Assembly: GCA_007376395.1 (NCBI GenBank)
Contig: VMGE01000003.1
Coordinates: forward strand, 26,057-90,056
Direction: 5' to 3'
Origin: Microgenomates group bacterium Gr01-1014_5
Lineage (GTDB): Bacteria; Patescibacteriota; Microgenomatia; UBA8517; UBA10165
Length of the DNA: 64,000 nucleotides
A model generated the notes under the pieces. It was not told the DNA's origin and made no database searches. It saw only the letters and a program-made list of their open reading frames with translations. Each line of letters begins with the position of its first letter. Positions within the stretch are counted from its first letter, which is position 1. This document shows positions 55,168 through 63,272 of this stretch, one piece after another. A program made the position numbers and the translations under genes.

Positions 55168-55224
55168 TTTTGAGAATTTCTAATATCTAATTACTAATTT
55201 CTAAATAAATCCCAATTAGGTCAA
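55168..55224. repeat. AATTAG-rich intergenic element (copy 2), immediately upstream of the membrane ATPase gene
   Basis: See the 18731-18833 entry. Confidence 0.55.
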
Positions 55225-55584
55225 TTAGGAATTATTTTTGTAGATAACTTTTACTCCTGCCAACGCCGCTTTTTTTGCAATTCTTACACACCACGCCGCT
55301 AGCCAGTAAATTGCGTCGACTATCTTGTGGTGCAAACCATGTTTAATTTCATCTTCAGCCAAAGGCAAGGTGATGGTTACCTGCTGACTACCCGAAGGGG
55401 TTAAAACGACTTGCCCAGAGTCATCGGTTACCGGTTCACTTCCGGGATCGCGCTCTATTTTGTCCAAATACCCCTCAATCGCCTGCTCTTGGTCTTCAAT
55501 CCGCGCCGCCTCGCCAGGTTCTCTTAGTTTTTCTTCAATTAACGGATGTCCTTCTTTTTCCGGAGCAGAAACCATACAAATCAA
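55225..55584 (-). CDS. Small acidic hypothetical protein
   Basis: ORF track; first gene of the operon. Confidence 0.4.
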   Translation of the reverse strand: MICMVSAPEKEGHPLIEEKLREPGEAARIEDQEQAIEGYLDKIERDPGSEPVTDDSGQVVLTPSGSQQVTITLPLAEDEIKHGLHHKIVDAIYWLAAWCVRIAKKAALAGVKVIYKNNS

Positions 55585-55610
55585 TTATAACGCATTTATA
55601 CAGCAGAAGA

Positions 55611-56180
55611 TTACTTAGCTTTCCATATTTCCTCTTTCTTTTTCTCTAGCCTATTTACTTCTCTGGCAAGCATGAAAAGAGTGTCTGAGAGACGGTTAAT
55701 ATAAATCAAAATATTTGGTTCGACTTTTTCTTTTTCTGCAAGTTTGACTACTTCCCGTTCTGCGCGCCGAGTCACTGAACGGGCAACATGCAGAGCCGCT
55801 CCCGATCTGGAACCTCCGGGAAAGATGAAATTTGCCAAAGCTGGCAAAGATCCTTCAAGGCCATCGATTATCTTTTCTAATCGACGCACCCGATCTAAAC
55901 CAATTTCAAAGGGAAGTTTGTTTCCAGGCAGAGTTGCTAAACACGCGGCTATTTCGAAGAGGTCGCTCTGGATTTGGGTTATTTCTGCTCTGATTCCAAC
56001 AAATCTGGCTTGCTTCGATCCTCGTCCAGAGGCGAGAAGACTAGAAACGAAACCCAGGTGTGAATTGAGTTCGTCAATTGACCCAAGAGCGATGATTCGC
56101 TGGTCAGACTTTGATCTCGCGACTTTTTCTCCATATAAATGCGTAGTGCCGCGATCCCCTTTTTTGGTATAAACAGCCAT
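55611..56180 (-). CDS. pduO: PduO-type ATP:cob(I)alamin adenosyltransferase
   Basis: MAVYTKKGDRGTTHL N-terminus (xYTxxGDxGxTxL) and size. Confidence 0.75.
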   Translation of the reverse strand: MAVYTKKGDRGTTHLYGEKVARSKSDQRIIALGSIDELNSHLGFVSSLLASGRGSKQARFVGIRAEITQIQSDLFEIAACLATLPGNKLPFEIGLDRVRRLEKIIDGLEGSLPALANFIFPGGSRSGAALHVARSVTRRAEREVVKLAEKEKVEPNILIYINRLSDTLFMLAREVNRLEKKKEEIWKAK

Positions 56181-56294
56181 AGTTTGGGATAAGTATATCG
56201 TAGTGGGTAGTAAGAAGAAAAAAGGTGTATTACTTCATGCACCCCAGGGCAGGCGTACATTCCTAACTACTCACAACTCACTACTTATCCCTTC

Positions 56295-59200
56295 CTAGCA
56301 TTCTGAGTGTCCACAGCCGTAGCATTTTGAACAACCTTCTTCGTGAACAAATGCGGCTGCGCCGCACATCGGACAAAGGTCGGCTGCGGTTTTTTTAAAG
56401 TCAGCAGCTGGGGCCGGCGTGGGGTCAGGGTTGTGCGCCGCCATGACAGCCCCAGCTTGCAAATTAGGTGTCGATTCAGAGAAGCCATTTTTCTCTGAAA
56501 CCGAGTCAGACTCGGTGGTGTGTTTCCCGTTCAGCCCGAAATGGCGCGAAAGCGCGAGGGCGATGGCGTCTGGAACCGAGCGCACCCGATTAGGTCCAAA
56601 CCCAATTGAGTTGCGTCCTCCAATTCCCGATAACTGGTGAATAATCTCGTGTACTTTACCTAAAGGCTTACTGTTGCCGCGAATCCTAAAAGTCATCGAG
56701 AGTAATCTGCCAAACGCTTCTGCCATGGCGTTAACGTCAGAACCAGCTTTGCCGATATTGATAAAAACTTCGACCGGGTTGCCGGTAGGGTCTGTATTGA
56801 TCGTTATAAACGCACTGCCCAGAGGAGTCGCCATGCGGTAGGTTACGCCTTCTAACTTTTCCGGTCTTTGCACTAAAAGCTCATGTGATTCAACCGCCGC
56901 AGCCGGCGTAAGAGTAAGTTGCTGAGTTAAACCTCCCTCTTCTGCCGTAGCTTGAGCTTCGGTTTTTACAGGTTCCTCTTTGGAAAGCACACCGGGACGA
57001 CTGCCGTCTCTAAAGAAAGTTATCCCTTTGCATCCCAAGTCGTAAGCCATCATGTAAAGTTTTTTGACGTCGTCTACTGTATATTCATTTGGCGCATTCA
57101 CGGTTTTAGAGATTGAGGCGTCAACATAACGCTGAACAGCCGCCTGTACTTTAACGTGGTCTTCAGGAATTAGGTCACTCGATGAAACAAAATAATTTGG
57201 AATCTCTTCTCCTGGGTGCGCTTCTTTCCACGCTTGGAATAACGGGTGATAAATGTTGTGCTCCCCAATTCTGTCGCGTCGGACAAATGAAAACTCATAT
57301 ACCGGCTCAATACCCGAAGTTACCTCTGACATCAGAGAAGTTGAACCAGTTGGCGCCTGCATTAAAAGAACCGAGTTTCTGATCCCCTGTTTTTTAATCA
57401 TTGCCTGGATTCTTTCTGGTAATTGGCGGATAAATAATCCTTGAGCATATTTTTCGCGGTCAAATTTAGGGAAAGATCCTTTTTCGCGGCCAATTTCTGA
57501 AGACTCCTCAAAGGCCGCGTCACGGATTAATTTATAGATTTTCTCGACTACTTCAATTGATTCGTCAGACCCGTAACGAATCCCCATTTTAATTAATGCG
57601 TCTCCCAGCCCCATGGTTCCAAGACCAATTCTTCTTTCCCCGTCCAATTGCGTCTTGCGGATTCCGTCGAAGATATAGATATCTCCATCAATAACATTGT
57701 CTAAAAACCGCGTCGCAACTTTAGCGTGTTCTTCCAAGGATTTGTAATCCATAACACCTGTTTCATTGACAAAAACAGCCAAGTTTAAAGAGCCTAAGTT
57801 GCAAACTCCGTACGGCGGCAACGGTTCCTCACCGCAATTTGAAATAATAAGACCGTTAGCTGCAAACTGGTGAATTTCTGCTACGGTAATATCAAACACC
57901 TCTTCTACCCTATCTTTCTCTAAGCTCTCAAATGTTGCTTCAAAAGTATTTTTATAAGGCCCTTTTTTGTAAAGCGCCAAACTTGTACGTAATTTTTCCT
58001 GCTTTTCTTCTTGCAAAAAGCCAATAAATGCGGCAAAGCTGGCAACTCCCTCTCCAGAAATTACTAAATCGTGATACGCTTGGGTTGGATAAAGTTTTTT
58101 ACCTCCTTTACCGTCGGGCATCATCCGGTCCTGAGCCAGCCTGCGGTTTTTATAAATTCGGCTAACAATTCCAAAGTTTATTAATAATCTCTGGACATTT
58201 ACCAAAAGCTCTTCGCTCACCGATGTTAGTCTTACGCTTACTCCTTTTTCCGGGGTTCCTGCAACGTGTCCGTCACTTGAGAAAATACCCTGCAAAAATC
58301 CTCTCTGCAGGGCCTCTGACCCGCCAAAAATAGCGTCCGGAACGATAAGTTTCGCGCCGTGAGCAAAGCCCAAAGACTGAGCAAGTTTTAATAATCTTTC
58401 TGATTTAACAACTGCCTTGTTTTCTTTTTGAACATAGATTGGAGAAACTGTATATGCTCTGCCATTAACTCCCGTGTCCCCTACCATTGCTTGTACTGCC
58501 GCAGCAAACTGAGGTGCAAGTTCTGTTTTTTCTTGCTGATAAAAGAAAAGTTCCGCTCTTTCTTTTTTTACCGAACCGTCACCTACAAGCCAGCCCCAAA
58601 CTCTTCCTTCTTCAACCGTACCCACACTTCCAAAAGCGCCATATTTATTAAGTAAAATTTTATCACCTGTTTTAAGTTTTCCTGCTTCTACTTTTCCGGC
58701 AGGAGTATAAACTTTATGGTCCTGGGTTAGTCGAAGGCGATAACCTTCTTTAGTTTGCAATTTATATACTTGTTTAACTCCGGTTAGAAAAGGTTGCGAA
58801 GAAAGATACTCTTTGCCGCCGACCACTGCTTTGAAAGGCTTGCCTGCCTCATAAAGCTTACGCATCGGGAAAATTCCTTGGCTTGTGGTAATCAGCGTGT
58901 CTCCTGTAACACAAGGATTAGTGCAATTCAGATAATTGAAGTAATAGTTGGAAGAAAGCTTGTTTGTCCTTTCCATAAAATGAAGTCCAGGCTCTGCAGA
59001 TTGCCAAGCCGCCTCACAAATAAGATCCCAGAGCTCGCGAGCTTTAATAGTTTTGTAAATTTTTACCTTACCGCCTGATTTAATCCAGTTATCAAGAATG
59101 CCGTCCCATGCCGTGTCATAAAGCGGGTCATCTAAATCCGGAAAGAGTAATGGCCAATCTTCGTCTTTTTTAACTGCCTCCATTAAACGGTCAGAAACAC

Positions 59201-60020
59201 AAATGGATAAATTTGCCCCCTTAATTCGGGCAAGATCGCGCTTGACTGTTATAAATTCTTCAATATCCGGATGCCAATCCCAAAGCATGAGCATAAGGGC
59301 GCCGCGGCGCGTTCCGCCTTGCTGAATAACGTCATGGGTTGCCACAGAATACATTTCCGCCCAATTCATAGGTCCTGAAGAAAATCCGTTAACCTTTTTA
59401 ACCCGGGAACCACCTGGGCGTAGAGAAGAAAGGTTAACCCCTACCCCACCGCCGCGTGCCATGATATCGATCATCTCAGTTAGGTTTTCCATAATTCCGT
59501 GACGAGAGTCGCCGGGTGAAGGTAGAACATAGCAGTTGTAATAGGTCACCTGATAACCAGTACCGGCTCCAGACAAAATTCTTCCACCGGGAACAAATTT
59601 AAATTCTTCCATCGCCTGATAAAACTTATCTTCCCATTCTTTTTGTTTTTCATTTGTCTTTTCAACACGGGCAATAGCGCGTGCAACTCTGCGCCACATT
59701 TGTTCCGGGTGTTGTTCAAGAGGGTTGCCTAGTTCGTCTTTTAACGAATAGCGGTCAAGAAAAACTTTTTGACTAACACCTTCCAGCACAGTTCCGTTTG
59801 TTAAAGGTTCGGGGTCAACTCTAATCAAGGTTGGGTTAAGAAGATTTGGGGTTTCTGTCTTAAATTTAACTCCTGCTTGTCTGGCCAGTTCGAGACGGGC
59901 GTGTCCATTACCATTTACAACATGGCCATTGCTGTGACCATTAGAATGCCCGTTAGACTGACGGCCTACGCGGCTTTTATTCTTTTTCTTAAGCTCTGTT
60001 GTGATTGCAGTTTGTGCCAT
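56295..60020 (-). CDS. nrdJ: Class II (adenosylcobalamin-dependent) ribonucleotide reductase NrdJ containing an intein. Likely start is MAQTAI at 60020.
   Basis: Active site ...LNCTNP-[intein]-CGEEP..., a C-terminal zinc ribbon CPMCG...CSKCYGCGHSEC, and an N-terminal His/Asn/Gly low-complexity tract. Confidence 0.9.
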   Translation of the reverse strand: MAQTAITTELKKKNKSRVGRQSNGHSNGHSNGHVVNGNGHARLELARQAGVKFKTETPNLLNPTLIRVDPEPLTNGTVLEGVSQKVFLDRYSLKDELGNPLEQHPEQMWRRVARAIARVEKTNEKQKEWEDKFYQAMEEFKFVPGGRILSGAGTGYQVTYYNCYVLPSPGDSRHGIMENLTEMIDIMARGGGVGVNLSSLRPGGSRVKKVNGFSSGPMNWAEMYSVATHDVIQQGGTRRGALMLMLWDWHPDIEEFITVKRDLARIKGANLSICVSDRLMEAVKKDEDWPLLFPDLDDPLYDTAWDGILDNWIKSGGKVKIYKTIKARELWDLICEAAWQSAEPGLHFMERTNKLSSNYYFNYLNCTNPCVTGDTLITTSQGIFPMRKLYEAGKPFKAVVGGKEYLSSQPFLTGVKQVYKLQTKEGYRLRLTQDHKVYTPAGKVEAGKLKTGDKILLNKYGAFGSVGTVEEGRVWGWLVGDGSVKKERAELFFYQQEKTELAPQFAAAVQAMVGDTGVNGRAYTVSPIYVQKENKAVVKSERLLKLAQSLGFAHGAKLIVPDAIFGGSEALQRGFLQGIFSSDGHVAGTPEKGVSVRLTSVSEELLVNVQRLLINFGIVSRIYKNRRLAQDRMMPDGKGGKKLYPTQAYHDLVISGEGVASFAAFIGFLQEEKQEKLRTSLALYKKGPYKNTFEATFESLEKDRVEEVFDITVAEIHQFAANGLIISNCGEEPLPPYGVCNLGSLNLAVFVNETGVMDYKSLEEHAKVATRFLDNVIDGDIYIFDGIRKTQLDGERRIGLGTMGLGDALIKMGIRYGSDESIEVVEKIYKLIRDAAFEESSEIGREKGSFPKFDREKYAQGLFIRQLPERIQAMIKKQGIRNSVLLMQAPTGSTSLMSEVTSGIEPVYEFSFVRRDRIGEHNIYHPLFQAWKEAHPGEEIPNYFVSSSDLIPEDHVKVQAAVQRYVDASISKTVNAPNEYTVDDVKKLYMMAYDLGCKGITFFRDGSRPGVLSKEEPVKTEAQATAEEGGLTQQLTLTPAAAVESHELLVQRPEKLEGVTYRMATPLGSAFITINTDPTGNPVEVFINIGKAGSDVNAMAEAFGRLLSMTFRIRGNSKPLGKVHEIIHQLSGIGGRNSIGFGPNRVRSVPDAIALALSRHFGLNGKHTTESDSVSEKNGFSESTPNLQAGAVMAAHNPDPTPAPAADFKKTAADLCPMCGAAAFVHEEGCSKCYGCGHSEC
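57837..58913 (-). mobile_element. Intein (359 aa) with a double LAGLIDADG homing-endonuclease domain at the NrdJ catalytic Cys
   Basis: Starts CVTGDTLITT and ends GLIISN followed by +1 CGEEP. Contains WGWLVGDGSV and FLQGIFSSDGHV. Confidence 0.8.
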
Positions 60021-60259
60021 ACAAAAACTCGAGGATCGAGAAATCTCTTCGTCATATTCTAATAACACATGATATGTAGTCAACTGGTAACTTCTGTATC
60101 AAATAGCTTCATTTATACGGCTAGGCTGAGTAGAAACAGCTTTAAAAAACTTTAGAAAAAATGGCCGCTAAACCGTGTTTTTTCTTCACCTTAAAAATTA
60201 GGGGTTAAAAAAGAAGCAAGAAAATACCCAAACATTAACTTACTGAAGTATTTTTTGAC

Positions 60260-60877
60260 TCATTCTCGAGTTGTTGTTGAGGGAACATCTATCCCTTTTC
60301 TAATTAGTTCACGTACCGTATCTTCATAAAGCGTTTTAGGGGTATTTAATGTTTCAACAATTACAGACTTGGCGTCGTTCGGAGCAGTATTTTTAAATTC
60401 TTCTAGCATTTCCCTGTGTTTTAAAGAGGCTCGGGTAAGTTTTTGCAAAAAATCAGCCGTATCCATCCCTAATTTTTCTGCTTCTTGGTACTGAATAAAT
60501 GATTCTTTAAGATATTGTTCTGCTTTAACTGCCGTTGACACTCCGAGCTCCCCTTCTCTGTTTTGGAGCAATTCCTGAGCCATACTAATGCGCTTGTCTG
60601 CAAACAAAAGCAGAAGTTGTGCGCGTTTTATCGGATCGCGCGTTAGTTGAACCCAAACTTTGTCACGTAGCGCCTTGATAGGCCAAAAAGGGTGATCGGG
60701 CAAAAGCCCATGATGCGGCAGGTAATATTCAACAGGAGAAACAAATCCTTTTTGAGAATAAGTGTCGCTTGACTGATAGAAAATAAAATCTGGAGTAGAA
60801 GTACGCAATAATGAGATTCCTAAAATGCTAAAAGCAAAGATCAACGAACCGAGAATGTATATAACACTGCGTAACAT
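60260..60877 (-). CDS. Membrane-anchored hypothetical protein
   Basis: ORF track; N-terminal TM helix. Confidence 0.45.
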   Translation of the reverse strand: MLRSVIYILGSLIFAFSILGISLLRTSTPDFIFYQSSDTYSQKGFVSPVEYYLPHHGLLPDHPFWPIKALRDKVWVQLTRDPIKRAQLLLLFADKRISMAQELLQNREGELGVSTAVKAEQYLKESFIQYQEAEKLGMDTADFLQKLTRASLKHREMLEEFKNTAPNDAKSVIVETLNTPKTLYEDTVRELIRKGIDVPSTTTRE

Positions 60878-61072
60878 GCGGTAACATACATTTTAATACA
60901 TTCGGTCAATGTCGGGTGGTCGGAAAGCTCAGCAAACCAGGGTGTCAGTAGTCAGCACTCCTGTAATTCAGTGAGTCAGCACGTCTGACACAACCGACAA
61001 ACCGACTTTCTGATAATACTGGCTTACAGAGTATTCTGATTAACTGAAGTACCGAGTTCTCTGACCCCCTGA

Positions 61073-61735
61073 TTATCTAAATAAAATTATCGGCCAACTC
61101 CAAAAAACGTTTAAGAGAACAGGTGCCAGAATGTTACCTGTCCGTCCATAGACAAAACCTGCTCCAAGGCTAAAAACAAAACTCAAGAGAGCGCGTGCCG
61201 GTAACTCGCTAAGCGACAAATCATACACGAAAAACAAAACCGGTAAATGAATTATCACCCAGCCGAAACTCACCAGAATATTTGCAGACCACTCGCTTTT
61301 TAAAGCTTTAACCGCCCGGGAGAAAAAATATCCGCGGAAGACTGTCTCTTCTGAAATTGCAGTGATAAAGGAAAGGGAAAGTCCTCCCAAAAGCGAATTG
61401 GCAGTAAAACCAAAGTCTGCAAGAGCAATTGACTCGTATTTAAAAATATTACTGATAAGACCGACAACGGCAAATACCATACCTAAACCAACTCCGAGAT
61501 AAATACTGTTAAAGAGATTTTTTGCTGTCCAGCCGACCGAGGCGAATCCGCCCGCTGACCCAGCCTTCTCTTTTTGTAAAAACCAATATAAAGCTCCCAG
61601 CCAAAGCAGGGGTTTGAAAACCAGCTCTTCGATATAGTCTGGAAGTTTAAAAAGGATGCGGTAAAATCCCCAAACCAGCAAGAGGATAACGTAGAGTTTA
61701 ATTACATTCTGAAGTTTGGTCGTTTTGACAACCAT
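61073..61735 (-). CDS. CPBP-family (CAAX/Abi) intramembrane metalloprotease
   Basis: ISEETVFRGYFF (EExxxR) and SFGWVIIH (FxxxH) motifs. Confidence 0.75.
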   Translation of the reverse strand: MVVKTTKLQNVIKLYVILLLVWGFYRILFKLPDYIEELVFKPLLWLGALYWFLQKEKAGSAGGFASVGWTAKNLFNSIYLGVGLGMVFAVVGLISNIFKYESIALADFGFTANSLLGGLSLSFITAISEETVFRGYFFSRAVKALKSEWSANILVSFGWVIIHLPVLFFVYDLSLSELPARALLSFVFSLGAGFVYGRTGNILAPVLLNVFWSWPIILFR

Positions 61736-61962
61736 ACCCTAGTATAACTTAATTATTAATTTTTAATTCTCAATTTTCAATGAAGCTTCACAGCTTTACA
61801 GCCGTGGTATCTTCAGCTTCATACCGAATCGCACTCGCTTTGCTCGTACTCTCGGTATGCACTTCGCGCAACGCTTCATCCTCGGACTGACGTCCGAGGT
61901 TTTCGCGATTCGCTATAAATGAAACAATGTGACATTGAAAATTTAAAATTGCAAATTGAAAA

Positions 61963-62454
61963 CTATTGCATCTTGCATTCCAACAGTGATTTTTCAATCG
62001 CCTCAAGAATCATTTGCTGTCTTTTTTTTGCCTCGACCAGGGTCACAAAGTTTTTGTGGCGCGGAAACCAGTGAAAGACTAAATTGCGGGACCGCCGCCA
62101 AGTATCCCAAAGCATGTTTGGAGTTTCTCTGTTGCAGTAAGTACTCAGGCGGTCATAGACCCAATCGTGCCCACGAAACTTAATCGGTAAATCTGGATTT
62201 AAAGCCCGACCCACACGAAAGTGATTACTGTTGTATTGTTCGCGGGTTATAATTCCTAAGTCGTAGAACAGTTTTTTTAAAAAACCTTCGTAGGCTTTGG
62301 CTGCAGGAAAAAGCGCAAAGGCGTAATCGTGGAAATGGTCTCTGCCGTATTTTTCCTCCCGCTCCAGAAGAATTTGCGACTGCGAGAGAAGATCACGCTG
62401 GTTTTCAGTTAAATAATTCCACCAGACCTTATTGGTTAGATTGTTACCAGCCAT
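61963..62454 (-). CDS. Hypothetical protein
   Basis: ORF track; alpha-helical, basic. Confidence 0.45.
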   Translation of the reverse strand: MAGNNLTNKVWWNYLTENQRDLLSQSQILLEREEKYGRDHFHDYAFALFPAAKAYEGFLKKLFYDLGIITREQYNSNHFRVGRALNPDLPIKFRGHDWVYDRLSTYCNRETPNMLWDTWRRSRNLVFHWFPRHKNFVTLVEAKKRQQMILEAIEKSLLECKMQ

Positions 62455-62462
62455 ACATTTAA

Positions 62463-62861
62463 TCAGCTTACCCGCAAAGCGGGTAATATTTCAATAACGC
62501 GCTTTCTGTAACTCAGTTTAACATCAAAATGATCAAAGAAGCCCTTAGTGCCTAAAATCCCTTGGCTAACATCAACCGTATCTACAAAAAGCGCCTTAAT
62601 TTTGTAACTTTTTCCCGCCACTTTAATTATCAGTGCTCCCCATTTGCCATTTACCAGCTCACTGCCTATACCTTTGATAGTTCTACTTTTAGAGGACAAC
62701 CCAACACTAAGTATCTTCGCTGTTTGTGTATTAAAAACACAACAATCAGATCCTGAATCTATCAAAGCAGAGCCTAGTATGAATTTTTGTCGAGATTTTA
62801 AAATAATAGGGATTACTGGCCTGCCAAGCTGTGAAGTTACTCTTCGATAAGTGAAGATCAT
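62463..62861 (-). CDS. Retropepsin-like (clan AA) aspartic protease domain protein
   Basis: ALIDSGSD matches the D-S/T-G-S/A active-site motif; about 130 aa. Confidence 0.65.
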   Translation of the reverse strand: MIFTYRRVTSQLGRPVIPIILKSRQKFILGSALIDSGSDCCVFNTQTAKILSVGLSSKSRTIKGIGSELVNGKWGALIIKVAGKSYKIKALFVDTVDVSQGILGTKGFFDHFDVKLSYRKRVIEILPALRVS

Positions 62862-63079
62862 TTAACCAAATGGAAACCACCAACAAAAGGTATAATCTCT
62901 CTTGGTATCCGATCTACGAGCGGGTGTTCATATCCCTTCTTTGCGGCTCTATCAAGCACCTCTTGAAGTGTCTTCCCAGAGGCAACAACGACTGGCACTG
63001 TTTGGTCAGTGTCAGGGTCAACTGCGACCCACTTCCCTTTATAGTTTTTATAAACCTTTGTCCAGTCAGCAGCTTTCAT
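62858..63079 (-). CDS. Small hypothetical protein, translationally coupled (ATGA) to the retropepsin-like gene
   Basis: ORF track; 4-nt overlap. Confidence 0.45.
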   Translation of the reverse strand: MKAADWTKVYKNYKGKWVAVDPDTDQTVPVVVASGKTLQEVLDRAAKKGYEHPLVDRIPREIIPFVGGFHLVK

Positions 63080-63087
63080 ACTTTTAT

Positions 63088-63190
63088 TTTATCACGTAGT
63101 GACAAACTTGTTTATCACGTAGTGACAAACTTGTTTATCACGTAGTGACAAACTTGTTTATCACGTAGTGACAAACTTGTTTATCACAAA
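63088..63190. repeat. Tandem array of 4 perfect copies plus 1 degenerate copy of a 23-bp unit TTTATCACGTAGTGACAAACTTG (iteron-like)
   Basis: Seen directly in sequence in the divergent intergenic region between 62858..63079 (minus) and the PBP gene (plus). Each unit contains TCAC..GTGA. Confidence 0.85.
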
Positions 63191-63272
63191 CAAAGTTGAC
63201 AAGCGTGCTAATATAGTCCTTTGTAAACTGGGAACGCCAACCAGGTAACTCCAAGTCTGGTAAAATATATTC

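Noticed and set aside
60021-60259. Cobalamin riboswitch upstream of nrdJ
   Set aside because: I could not find a B12-box-like element on the coding (minus) strand; class II RNR genes are not usually B12-riboswitch regulated.
61788-62006. 72-aa minus-strand ORF
   Set aside because: It lies in a hairpin-rich intergenic region with no start context or motifs; it is more likely non-coding.
63088-63190. Possible CRISPR array
   Set aside because: The 23-bp units are directly abutting with no spacers, and there are no cas genes; this is a tandem iteron array, not CRISPR.
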